From Marsupella aquatica (taxonomy: Eukaryota > Plantae > Marchantiophyta): a stretch of DNA of 64,000 nucleotides. Positions within the stretch are counted from its first letter, which is position 1, and every line of letters starts with the position of its first letter. Shown piece after piece: positions 24,453 to 37,331 of this stretch. The position numbers and the translations under genes were made by a program. The notes beneath the pieces were generated by a model. It made no database searches, was not told the DNA's origin, and saw only the letters and a program-made list of their open reading frames with translations. The DNA lies in assembly GCA_973895155.1 (NCBI GenBank), contig OZ316896.1:16728754-16792753 (forward strand). Reading direction: 5' to 3'.

Positions 24453-27400
24453 TAGTGTAAGGATTTGATCGTGCACTTGTAGGTAAACTTTACTGAAAGT
24501 AATTTAATTATCAGGTTCTACCCTATTTTGTCTATGGATTGGTTTAACCAGACTAAAACAACCAAAAAAATAACACATAGCTGGTCAATTGTCACAAGGA
24601 GACTCAAATTCAGGGATTAAAATCAAGTGTAACAAGTGCTTCTTAGATGAGCATCATGGAAAACTTGGGCTAAAACCCTCATTTTGAGGGACACTATACC
24701 CCCTGGACAGAGGGTGTTACTCTTGATGTCTAACTCATGCTGGCTAGCAGAACAAAAGAGCTTGCTTTTATGCTCTGCAGCATGGGGTGGGTGGAAGAAT
24801 GTGAGGCACCTGTATTATTCAGTCTACTCCGCATAAGAGCAAGGCCTCGAGAAAATGACCCTATCTTGCATTGATACACTGTTTCAATTATGTTCCTGTC
24901 CTCAAACTGGTCAAAATTACTAACCTGTTCCCAAAACTAATTTAATTAATTGTCAGGTTCTACAAATTTCATGTAGAGGTTGACTTAACCAGACTAGACT
25001 AACCCAATATGACACAGGTCTACTGGCACCTGTTGTCTCATAATTTGTAACCCCCTCCGACCCTAAAAGAACATGGGGAACCAAAATGCAAAGTTTCTGC
25101 TCATAGACAATAATCTGCATCATGGTTCCTGTGGGTGTTGGACAAGGGAACATGGTCCATGGTGAAGGTACAGCTGGAGGAGGTTACCTTAAGCAAATCA
25201 CAAGCCTCCATGTGTCCACAAAACATTTGGGAGGAATTTGCAATCAATGGAGGTTTTGTCAAACATTTTGGATCACCCCACAATGGTAGCGGGCAGCTGA
25301 CAAGCTACTCTGTTGTCTGTGGCCATCAGTAGCTCCACACATTTGCTTAATAGTTTTCTTTGAGTTTTCTTTTCTTTTCTCTTGGGTTTGAGCTGTCTAT
25401 GGCAACAGAAAAAGCAGGGTGCTTAACTTTATAGAGGTGCTCTGGTGGGGTCTGGATGGGTCCAAACCAAAAATACAAAATTTCCACCCCACACTATGGA
25501 GGCGAGTATGGAGGACTATTGTGACCTGAACTCAAATGCACTCCATCAATTTGCACCCACACAGGCCTCTACATATTAGATCTTTACTTGTTGCCTCTTA
25601 TTGGGGCTCTCACTACACTTCTCTAACCAAGCTCCCAATCAAGATTTGCAGACAGCAGCCACTAATGGTAATGGCCAAAAACCTACTAGGTATGAACTAC
25701 TTGAGTGGACCTAGAGGTCTAGCTCAAGTGGTTAGGGGATTAAGACGTACTTGGGACCAGCAGATCTCAATTATAAGTACCTGTCTGTCAGTAAATGCAG
25801 GGGAGAGTTGGCGTCATTTTTCATTTTAGTGGCAATTTTTTGCTGGATTCCAGCTTTCTAAACATCTTTGCCACTTTTAGCAAAAATGAGATAGGTTTTT
25901 CGTCTTCCATTAGCCAGTTTCACACTTAGACACATACCCCATTCCCCCATCAGCCAGCCAATCTAGCGGTAAGCTAGGAAAATTATATAAGGAATTCTCC
26001 CGGAAATCCTAGTATCATCTCCTTCACACAAGGTGACCCTTGCCACACTGGCAAAATAAATAATCTTGAAAATACGCTCATTGGTGGGTGTTTAGCTAGG
26101 TGGGTTAGGTCAAAGGGCGGGCCCATGCCTCTGCATGCAGCCAGAAGTGATAAGTATGACCATATATGGGCCAGTGCTTGTCACATTTCAGGCCTTGCTC
26201 CTCAATGTGCCCCTCTAGAATGCCCATTGCCAAAGCAAATTTCAGCTGATACCCTATGTATTGGTATGTGTTTAGAGGTTGGGTGCACTTGTGATTTTTT
26301 CCACCATGGCAAACTGGAGGACCACTTCTTGATCTAAAGATAGACTCCAGGCCAAAAATATTCTCAAATGACACTTAATAAATCCAAATACCTTGAAGGA
26401 AGGAGTCAAAGTTTGGAAGTGTTTGGACCACCTTAGTTTGGAGGTAATCTAAAGTTCTAGACATTCAAAATAAGCAATTCACATCAGCAATTCCTTGGGC
26501 CCACAGCTTGCCATGTAGGATGGGTTGACACCATACCTGCATGGGCACCCAAGTTTTTGTAAGGCCAACTACAACCATTACCATTCACTCTCCTATCCAG
26601 ATTTAATCTCAGACAGAATTGAAAGAAACAATGGGTCCACCATTAGTAAAGCTGCCCTTAGTGTATCTGCTTTGGAAGCATGTTTAAACTTGTTGCATGT
26701 GCATGTATATATGCAAACCATTTGCCTCATACGCATGTCTTAGACTCACCTGCTAATTGGACCACTAGCTCAGGCATTCCATTCACACCAACCTTCTAGT
26801 GCAGCTAAGGCCTAATTCACATGTACTGAGCCTTGAAGAAACTGGCCCTAAGCACTTTGCAAAGTTTTTGGCAAAAAGCATGTCTTGTCTCTGCTACGTG
26901 TGATGATTGATTTTGCCTTGCATTCAGTCTTTGTTGTTGCCCATGGTTGCACACTACAGACTACACATGACACATTTTGTTTTATTAGAATTCAGGCTGG
27001 AATGGTTGTGGCCTTTGCCCTTGGGTTGCCCCAAAAGATGCCGTCAGGCCTGCCTCACAAGGTGCTGACTGCATGAAAAAATCCAAGTGAAGCCGATGAT
27101 CACATCTTTTAGTTTGAAGACCCCAAAACAGAAAGTTGCTAAGTTTTCTAAGCTGCCAAATTTACTCTGAATGCAAAGTGTTTTTACAGTAATTCGGATT
27201 TGCCTGCATAGTACAGTGGCGGATGCTTTTCACATTGAGCTGCAAAGTTGGCTTTTCAAAACTCAACAACAGAAATAGAGAACCACCATTCAATATATGT
27301 TGATAAGGCAACTTCAATATTATCACATCATTGCAATATGGTGAACGTTGTTTCATGTTTTTCTTTGGAATTATTTTTGGCAATAATATAATTTTTAATG

Positions 27401-28153
27401 TAGCTAACAATATGGAATGGAAGTGTTCTATGAATTTTTTTAGGCCCCTATAATTTTTTAGAAAACCAACGCTGCCAATTTTAAAACTACCCCTTTAAGG
27501 AAAAGGAGTGCTCCATGGCAACCCTTAAAATCATTTTGGAGATCACCCTGTTTCCAGTGCTGCAAGTTTTTTTTTTCTCTTGGGATATGAAAGTAGTGTG
27601 CCCACCGGAGTGTCTTCTCAAACGTGATAAGGCTTCACAGTGTCTTAAGGAAAATGGACCCTTCATGACAGCCACTTCATGCCAATTACCATTTTGGGTA
27701 AGTGCCTCGGTACACCAATAATCCAACAATATGATGAGAGAAATGAGGTCTTCAACAACAAATTTCCATAGCTTTCAACGATGCAATTTTCCACTGTCAC
27801 AACAACCCAATGGCATGTCACAATGATATGCTACAATTTTCCAGTGTCACAAGAAACCAATAGCATGTCACAATGATATTCTATTGTCCTGAGAAAATCT
27901 CTCATGGGGAATTGAACCCCAAACTGCAGGTGTAGCCTTCCAAGCAGAGAACCCCCCCTAACCAGCACACTATCTCTACACCCAGCCCCCATCCAATGCT
28001 CCCATCCACTCCAAGCACACAAACAAAAAATTGAAAGAGAATTGAAAACATTTACCAATTCCTTTGAAAGGGCTCCTTAGCAGGCCCATCTCCACTGCAG
28101 TGTGTCACAGGAGATCTGGGCTCAGTCTTCACCCTTAAAAAGAGATTTTCTTA

Positions 28154-29389
28154 TTAAGGTAGTTTTTCCTTTTTCCTCTCATTGGATTGGCCCATGTCCT
28201 CAAAAACAGTAGTGGGAAGTACTTCCTCATCATCATAGGACAACAATACCACCTCTGCCACATCTTCCATCTCCACATCTTCCATCTTCTCCTTCCCCTT
28301 TCTCACGTACACCTGCAACATTCTTCTCCTCCAACAAGTTAATAGTTTCAAGATAATCATGCTTTGGAATCCTCTGTCTATCCTTCAAAGGTACATACTC
28401 ACCAAGAGGATCACCAAATATTACTCCCCTCTCAGGAATGATAGACTTTGTGAAAATGTCATCAAAACAAATCCTTCTATCACATTTTGTCTTCACTTTC
28501 AACCTCTTCAAAGAGCTCCTTTGGGGCAAGAGCTCGATCCTGTACTCCTAGGGGTCAATTCTTGGTCCCGTGCAAGATAAGAATAAGTGTGATATCTTCC
28601 CCAACTACTAGTCCTATGTTTTCTGACAAAAACTTCTTCAATCTCACATTTAGTCACATTACAAGGATCAACAATGCATTTCCAAAGGCATGTCATTCGC
28701 AATTTTTCCATGCCCTGTCCATTCAATGGTATTATCCAACTAGAAGCAGGTATAAAAATATTGGATTTAACCATTTCAGTCAATGTAGAGACAAAAGTAG
28801 TATGCAAAGGTCTTTTAGTTCTATATTTGTACCAAACATACATTCTCTCTGCAACATTTTTGATGGTCAATGTCACTCTGGATTTTAGATCTACACGTCC
28901 ATAAATTGAATGGAGTTGTTTCCCTGCAATCACATCTTCATAAGAGATATTAAACATTGCATGTTGGAAGTGAGTCATGCCCATATCTTTCAAACAATAA
29001 CCAATCATTCATTTGAAAGTGTGCGACTGCCTATTAGTAAGATTTTTACATATAACTTTCCCTGCAGGATTCATATTTTTCACCCTTTGCCAACCCATAT
29101 ATTTGTGTACAAGCACACCAAATGATCTAGCAGATTTTGTTCCGGCCCTCACAACCATTTGCATGTGCAAATGACTCTCTAGTTCTCCTCTCTCTAATGC
29201 TACAAGACCAGATATGCAATGGTCTCTTATCAATCCATTCATAAGACACAGTTCTTCAACATGAACATCTGCACCAAGGTACCCTACTATAATGCTTAGT
29301 TCCATGACACTGTCCATCAAAGAGACGTCATTCTCTTGCACAACAACACGAGCTTTATGCTTCAAAGAAGCCATGTAAGATGGACACAT
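28154..29389 (-). mobile_element. Replitron-type HUH (Y1) transposase, pseudogenised; element termini not defined
   Basis: Motif I-like ELSIIVG, HUH motif ALERGELESHLHMQMVV and single-Tyr motif HTFK*MIGYCLKD. ORFs 29009-29389 and 28508-29008 are in the same frame, separated by one stop; the acidic C-terminal tail is frameshifted; no helicase. Confidence 0.8.
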
Positions 29390-29819
29390 AGCTCACAAGA
29401 AGTTGCACAAATACAGTCACAAAGCTCAAACAAGAACATATGATAGATATCGTCAGCCTTCACAATAAAATACTCCTTCCCCTTAGACTCAACAACAACT
29501 TTGTCCTTCCCTGTCTGCTCTATTTGTTCTAGTATTTTAAATGGAATTGCCAGAAGTCTCTCTTTTCCTTGGCGACAAACTACCCAACAGAACGTAACAT
29601 CTCTAACACAGTGAGAGGTTGTTGCCTCAATGTTCTCTAAAATAAAATTACCAACGTCCAATGTTGTGTAAGGCAAAATATCAGAGTCCTCTAGGAGATG
29701 TGACTTGACAGAGGACATTAGAGCTATAAACTGAGCCAAAGACCACAATGATAGAGCAATACTTAGGACGACACAGATTGAATGACAAGCGATCTGTCAA
29801 TGATCACATGCAATAAATA

Positions 29820-30190
29820 ACACTGGTTAGTACAACATTGGTTAGCACAAGATCATAGCAAAATAGAGCACTGGTCAAAGGTCAGTGATACAAAGCACTT
29901 GTTAGCATAGCACTAGTTAAAATGACAAGCGAAAGGTCACTAAGACTTGAGAGCCAAGCACTAGGATAGCCACAGAGCACTGGTCAAATGTCACTAATAT
30001 AGAGCACTTGTTAGCATAGCACTGGTTAGAATGACAAGCGAAAGGTCACTAAGACTTGAGAGCCAAGCACTAGGATAGCCCACTGGAGCACAACACTGAA
30101 CGAAAACCCACTGAAGCGATGGCAGAGCTGAGCACTGAGACTTGAGAGCAATGGGAAGCGATGACAGAGCTGAGCACTGAGAAGCAAGAG
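29820..30190. repeat. Tandem repeats upstream of the Replitron ORF (~109 bp x2, ~42 bp x2, short CACTGGTTAG motifs)
   Basis: AGAGCACTGGTCAAA...GACAAGCGAAAGGTCACTAAGACTTGAGAGCCAAGCACTAGGATAGCC x2; GAAGCGATG(G/A)CAGAGCTGAGCACTGAGA x2. Confidence 0.85.
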
Positions 30191-30677
30191 CAGATTCACT
30201 GAAGAAAAAGTGAATAAACTGAGGTCGAGGTTTAACTTAAGTAGCTGTGAAGCAAGTGTAGTCTCCCCCCCAAACTAAATGCTAAGGTTAGTCATTTGCC
30301 CAAAACATTTAGCCCGGTGAACAGATTATACAACTTTCACTTTTCAAACTCCAAAATACTTGAAAGCCTCCAAGATACATGGAAAGACTAGACAAAGAAC
30401 TAGTGAAGAGAGGACCCTAAACCTCCACAATACATGGAAGTAGGTTCCATACACAGGGGCTAGGACCCTTGAGTTCCCCTTCACCATCGTTGTTTGCTCA
30501 ATCTGGACCCAACAACATCAAAAACTTAGACATGTTGATAAGGTAGTTCCAAAAAAGTGATTTTGGGAAGGTAGAGCATGTTAATATTTTATTTAAATTC
30601 TATGTAAGTTGGCTCTAAATCAAGGGCCCAAGTTTGGGGCTCCATCACGACATTAATGTTCAGTCAATTATTTATTA

Positions 30678-31220
30678 CCAGCCTAGTGCCCGTGCATTGT
30701 ACAAACAATGTCAAGGCAGGGTATGTGAGACAACGATGTCGGAATGAGGCAAAAATCTCGGCAAAAATATCAAGGCAAGTTTAGATGTCAAGGTGAGGGA
30801 CCAATGTCGGGGTGAGGAAACAATGTCAAGGCAAGGCAAAGATATGCAGGGGAAACAAAGAAATGCAGACAGAACAAAAACATGTAAGCCCAACAAATAA
30901 ATGTTACCATTTTGGGTCGCTACTGTTACTGGAAAAATCTTATTGTGGGGGAGAGCGAAAGTTAGGGCACATGGACTCGAGATTTACCATTTGGTCACTG
31001 TTGTTACTGCAAAAGCCTTGGCACATGGACTGATTTATCATTTTGTTGTTCGTTTTGTTGCTTGTGATACTGCAAAAGTCTTGTCTTGGGAGAGAGCCAA
31101 GGTTAGGGCACATGGACTCCAGATAGGTGACACAGGTTATTAACAGAAATATTTCATTTTACTGTCAACAGAAATTAAGGGCCAGAAGTCTTTTGTAAAC
31201 CAGAACTCTGGGGTTCCTAC
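30678..31220 (-). mobile_element. Second, degenerate Helitron 3' end and associated non-autonomous remnant
   Basis: Plus-strand A|CCAGCCTAGTGCCCGTGCATTGTACA aligns with A|CTAGCTCAATACCCGTGCGTTGCACA at 31300 (hairpin + CTRR|T on the minus strand), followed by degenerate ATGTC repeats; right boundary uncertain. Confidence 0.55.
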
Positions 31221-31344
31221 ATGCAAGTTGGCTCTAAAGTCTGGGCCCATTTTGGGGGCCCCATCACAATATGGCCTCATCAAATCTACTATAAAAGTAC
31301 TAGCTCAATACCCGTGCGTTGCACAAAAGAAGTCGTGGCGGCTA

Positions 31345-31660
31345 AGATGTCGTGTCGGCCAAGATATCGTTGAGAAAAAACAATGTGTTGGCCAAGATGT
31401 CGTTGAGAAAAAAAGATGTCGTGTCCGCCAAAAAGTTGTGTAGAGAAAAGATGTCATGCCGGCCAAGCGGTCGTGGAGAGAAAAGATGTTGTGTCAGCCA
31501 AGAGGTCGTGGAGAGAAAAGATGTCATGCCGGCCAAGCGGTCGTGGAGACAAAAGATGTTGTGCCAGCCAAGAGGACGTGGAGAGAAAAGATGTCGTGCC
31601 GGCCAAGAGGTGTTGAGAGAAAAGATGTTATGCTGCCCAAGAAGTTGTTGAGAAAAAAAT
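31345..31660. repeat. 35-bp minisatellite (~9 copies) in the Helitron 3' subterminal region
   Basis: GAGAAAAGATGTCATGCCGGCCAAGCGGTCGTGGA variants in tandem. Confidence 0.92.
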
Positions 31661-31828
31661 TGGCTAAGTATAAAAATGTTGTGAGTACAATATGGTCAAT
31701 AAGTAAAACATGTCATAATTAGTCAAAGACATTATGAAGTAAAAGATGTTGTTAATACAAAAGTGAAAGAATAACATTCACACTTGATACATTTTGAAGA
31801 GAATACACATGATGAGGTCTTTATTGAT

Positions 31829-34800
31829 TTAGTAGAGAACTTCATCATATACAACATTTTTGGTCAACTTTGCTTCTCCATCTTCATCGTCTGGAAGTAA
31901 CACTTTTATCCTTGTAGGACATGTTGCTCTTGAAAAGGCAACATACAATTGACCATGACTGAAAACCGACTTAGAAAGTTGCAATCCTACATGTTCTAAA
32001 GTCTGACCTTGTGCCTTATTAATAGTCATGGCATATGCCACTCGAACCGGGAATTGGACTCTTCGCAGCATGAAAGGAAGTCCCTCATCTGACGTCAACG
32101 GAATACGTGGTATGAACGTTATGTTCCCTGCATGTTTGCCTGCAAGAACCCGCGCCTCTATGACACGACTATTGATTGTACGTACTATGAGTCGTGTCCC
32201 GTTACATAATCCTGTAGTGAAGTCAACATTACGTAAAAGAATAACAGGGCATCCAACCTTAAGCACCAGCTTGTGTGGAGGCAAACCGCTGGGTGTTAGC
32301 GTATTCAAGAACTCAGTAGGGTAAAAGTCACGTCCTTCCAATTGATCGGGGCGATCTATACTTAAGAAGGTGTGCGCATCTCGTGCGAGCCCTTCCAATA
32401 TTGAACTGTTGATCTTTAGCGCCTCCTCGTTCGTTGGCGCCAATATTGTTCTCTCGCTTAGGAACTTGTCATCAATATTCTCCAATGATGGATAAATTGC
32501 ACGAATCAAGGAGTCGGTGTCAACAATGTTCTCCGTCACGGATGGCGGGACCATAATCATGTTATTTAACGCTCCTTGCTTTGGCAATTTATCATCCCCA
32601 ACTTGAAGGAGCCATTCTTGGAAAGTCTGGTTCCCAAACTCCATTGAAGTGGATGTACCCCACGCATGCATATTCTCCATAAGCTTGAATGTTTTCACAG
32701 AGTGCCAAATGTGAGATTTCTTCAAGCATCCTCCCACAATCTGCGCACGGCTTGCTCTTGCTTTCACTGGCAACACTTGTCGAAAGTCCCCTGCAAATGC
32801 AACCACCAGCCCCCCAAACTTTCTGTTGTCTTCTTTTTATGTCGCGAAGTGTCCTATCAAGCGCCTCCACAGCATGTCGATGAACCATAGTCGCTTCATC
32901 CCACAGAATGAATGTTGTCCTTTGCAACAATTCAGCAAGCTCCGTTTGCTTCTTCACGTTGCATAGTGATTGAGCATCGGGATTGAGAGGAAGCTTAAAC
33001 CTTGAATGTGCTGTGCGACCTCCATCCAACAACAAACCTGCAATTCCCGAAGAGGCCACAGCCAACGCTACGTCCCCATCAGCCCGCACCCTACGTAGAA
33101 GAACATTCTCCACAAAGGTCTTCCCTGTCCCTCCTGGCCCATCTATGAAGAATGTGGAAGCCTCACGACCCCAAACCGCCTCCAATATTGCAGTGTAAGC
33201 AGTGCGTTGCCCAACATTCAACAACGGCTCCTGCTCAGCCAATTGTTGTTCCAAATCCTCTTGGCGATAGGACATCTCCTCCCGTATCAATTGATTGGTG
33301 TTCGCCAGATCTTCACAAAACTGTTCTGAAGGGAGGGGCAACCCAAATTCACCCAACGTCTTCCCTTGGGTGTGCAATGCCTGTCCAATTAAATACAATG
33401 CGAAGCTCCTTTGTTGTTCTTCCGAGGGTTCAAGAAAACCCATGTTGAGAAGGCGATGACAACAATCATCACTCAACTTTGAAGCGTAACTTGTCCACAG
33501 ATCATAGGGTTGTGTGGGGCCGCCAAAGATGAGGATGGTGATGAACAACCGTCGAAGTTGTGAGCCGGTCTGCATGAGGCCCGCCTCGCCAAGACACCTA
33601 TCCCACTCTTCATCATTCTCGTACAATCCACGCGCAAGGGCGGCCTCTTTGAACGTTGGATGCACCACGTTCTCAAAAGTTCGAAGATCTTCAAAACTTT
33701 GAGCCCCAGTGACAACAATCAAGAGGGCTCGCAAATAATATCTCTCCCCAGCCAATGGTGCCACAAAGTACATTCGCCCAATGCTAAACCCTTGCTGACG
33801 CGGAGACCATTTCCGTAGAGCCTTGTTCCACGTCCATTCTTGAGGGAAATTAGTGTACATGACATGGTGTGCCGATTCAAACATTGCATTTGTCTTGAAC
33901 CATCCTGTCAAAGTGGTGTCCCTGTCCGACTCCCTTTCAACCACGTCTATGATGTCTGCATCTTCATTGAACATCACTGCCTGCTCCCTTTCACAATGCA
34001 CTTGGAGACGTTGGACAGAAGTACTACTCTCTGCCATCTTAAATTGGAAAATCTGCCACGTCCCTTCTGCCGCAGACACGTAACGGGCATCCAGATGTGT
34101 TTTGATTTCATCCCGTGACTCTCCAACTTCCACCGTCGCCTGATCATGCCCCTTATATACATACTTGTATAAGTACTTAATTGCCTTAATGGAACAACAA
34201 ATCTCCACGTCAATGTGAGCATTGTATTTCATGCTCAAGTATGGGCTATAGGGAACAACCCACCTGTTGTCAAACCTAAATCCATTACTGTCCTTGCTGA
34301 ATGACTAGCCATTGTCTCTTCTCCGATACAAAGGATAGCCTCCGTCCCCAAATTGTGTCTCTGAGGAGAATTCGCGAGGATATTTCTTAGTGCACTTCCC
34401 ATCTTCCATGCAAGGCGAGTTTGGATAACCTATGCCACATGGACCATGGACCATGCACTTGGTTATCGTCTCATGAAGTCATGGATATTTTACTCTATCT
34501 GGGATCTCCGCACACACCAACTCATCCACCTCGTCAGGGGTGCGAATCTTGTGCTGCTCTGCCAAAATGATCAACATGTGGGCATGGGGCAACCCACGCT
34601 TTTGGAACTCTATGACATACATAGAGGCAACGGGCCTTCCTAAGACCCCTTGGCGAACCTCTGCTAACAACGCCCTTAGCTTCAGTTTGAAGCATCGTGC
34701 CACAATCTCATCCCGGTCGGCTGGACTTTGAACCTCAAAGCACTCAGCTTTGATCTCCGGCCATTCTGGATTGCAAGTGAACGTGATGAAGAGATCTGGC

Positions 34801-36877
34801 GGGCCGTATGTGCGTACGACAGCCATGGCATCCTGGTATGCTTGGGCCATGCTACGTGCGCTACCGCCATAAGTCAAGGGCAGGATGAAAGTCTTTCCCA
34901 ACTCACTTGCGCGTGCATCTCCCTCGTGCACGGCATCTTGAAGACCCGAATATAGGTCAGTCCGCAATTTTCGTTGATTATTGCGAATATACGTCAAGCG
35001 TGTTTGATCGATGCATGCGTAGGCATCAACAATGTACTGCTTTAGGAGCCGCCCACCACGAAGGAGCCAATCATCATTGCATCGTGCATGAAGATGGTAT
35101 GCAAAGTATTGTAGTTGGGTGACCTTCTTGGACCCGTTACGTCCACTCCTTGCCCCGGTAACAGCTTGATGAAGAACCCCGTCACTCATTTCAAAACCCG
35201 TCAACGGGATATCATATGACCATCCGTCTTGGCCTCGCGGGAAAAGAAGAACATAGTGGAGTGGTGCATAAGACCTATGCCACTCAGAGATCCTGCGCAA
35301 ATGCCCATCTGTTTGCCTAAGGATGATGTTCCTATGGCATACCTCTATATCTTCATCACCCACCATGACAACGCCGATCTCATCAGTCGTGGGCTTGTTA
35401 TAATGTCTTGGATCACTGTCGCGCTCGGCTAGGAGGCGTAAAGATACCTCTGGCACATCGCCCCCCTCGATCCGACTTCCTGCATTCTTAAATAGATGAA
35501 CATATCCATTATGTTCATGCAACATGTCTTGTAGTTGACCCAGTATCCTTGGATCCAAGTGCGGCATTCGGTTGAGCTTGCAACAAAAGCAATTAGAACC
35601 ACTTGGGTTGGAGATATATGAAAATGTACCTAAGCAAGATGGAAGAGCAAGTGGTCATGGGATTGGGGAAGGTACCTATTCCCCACTTCATTGGCGGTGT
35701 CGTAAATGTACAATTGCGCAAATTTGGGTCCTTCTCCTATAGGGGGCAAAAGGCTTCCCGCAAGATGGTACAACGCTCCTTGGATATGAAAGGAATAAGG
35801 TCCTCGACTATTATTGTGCTCATCCACTTTTGCACCAATGGAGGTAAACGCCAAGGCATTGTTATAACCTCTTATGTTGTCGCGGAAATTCTTCCCAACA
35901 TTGTCTTGCCTTGTAAGCAAGCTTCACAGAGGCTCGGGTGGGGCACCAAAAGGAGGCAATTTCACCTTGCCGTCCGCACAACAGGCACTAAAAAGGGGAT
36001 TGTTTTCGGTGCCCTTTTTGCATTCCTGAAGCCAATGAAGTGCCCCACATGTGTGGCAAACCACGTCCATACGCCCCAAACCATGTCGGGCCAAATGAGG
36101 ATCCAACGGCCTTCGCGCCTTTGGAAGATGACTGATTAGTTGTGCCCTCCGTCTTTGTCGCGCTATTTCTTCTTTGCTCCGCAATGCAGGTGTGACTGGT
36201 GTAGCTGCCAAACTCTCCTGGACTTCAGACATAACATCAGGCCCTACATCCGGTTCCCTTTCTCCACTTGACAGCTCCAAGGTCCCCTCAACAAAAGTGT
36301 CAAATTCACCATCCCCATCGTTGACATAATCTTCCTCAACGTCATATAATTCCCCCACCGCATGTTGATCAAACCCGCCATCCATTGCCCCATTGATGAG
36401 CCACTCCTCATCAAACAAATGAGTTTCAGTGTGAGTGTGCACCTGAGTGTGCATCGGTTCCTCCGGCGGACAATCAATCCCCCCATCATCCAACGCCCCA
36501 TTGATAAGCCACTCCTCATCATAAAGGCAAGGTTCCGGCTGAACATGTGATGCTGCCTCATAGGACGCGTTGGAGGCTAACTCCAATGGAGGATGGTGAA
36601 TCTGACTTTCATCCAAAGCACCTTGAATGAGCCATCCTTCATCAAATACATGTGGGTCACAGGGAACCATGGGTTGGCAGACCGATGTGCTCGGATCACC
36701 AACACTAATATTGGAAATGGCATGGGGCCTTTCCAATGCTTGCCCTTGGCCCCGAGCCTCACGACGAAGCTGTCTCCCACTGTTCATACGCCCAACCAAG
36801 TTTGGTTGAGCGCTCGCCTCTGCCCGAACCCCATCAGTTGGAGCCCCCGGTGCAGCCCCTCCATTATTTCCAACCAC
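31829..36877 (-). pseudogene. Helitron RepHel (Zn finger, Y2 HUH Rep, PIF1 helicase), disrupted
   Basis: CHTCGALHW...CCADGKV; PDLFITFTCNPEW; IEFQKRGLPHAHMLI; KYLYKYVYKG; IDGPGGTGKTF; DEATM; GDFRQVLP; AMTINKAQGQT. Stops at 35924-6, 34479-81 and 34305-7, a frameshift at ~32810 and a probable intron at ~35577-35675. Confidence 0.95.
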
Positions 36878-37331
36878 CCCATTTTGTTGTTGCCGATGCT
36901 GTGCTCACCTCGCCCTCCGCCTTTCATTAATGGCGTCTTTGTTTTTGGCGTACCTCTCATGCCGAGCCGCCAATACCTGGTCGGGAGGAGGCATGTTGGC
37001 AATGGTACCCTCAGCATAAGAAAGCCCTAATTACTCCATGCTCACGCCCATAGTCCGTTGTCTGCATCCAACGCACATATTTTGTTAGTCATTCTAATTT
37101 AAATGAGTCATTCAAATTTACATGCCCCATTCCAAGCTTGACAAACCCTAAGTAAGTTGAACGCCGGTTGGAGGACACCATCGCAAGAGACATGGGATAT
37201 TAGAAGGAGCCCAATATCCGTCAAGGATACATCCTATAAGGGCCCCCTCATCCCGCCCACCCACCCAACCTTGGCGACTTTCCTCCTGCTTCCAGGAGTT
37301 GTGCCTCTTGCCCCTAAGTTAACCCATGTTT

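Noticed and set aside
24500-28150. Candidate Replitron terminal direct repeats (e.g. CCCTTAAAA, GCTGCCAA, TCAGGTTCTAC duplicates)
   Set aside because: They are short or both on one side of the ORF, and cannot be told from chance without other genomic copies
29362-29748. 128-aa ORF upstream of the Replitron transposase as a separate accessory gene
   Set aside because: Non-ATG start and no recognisable motif; it may be an upstream exon or leader, but I cannot support a call
31829-34238. Host PIF1 helicase gene
   Set aside because: It is fused to HUH Rep motifs, bounded by Helitron termini and disrupted
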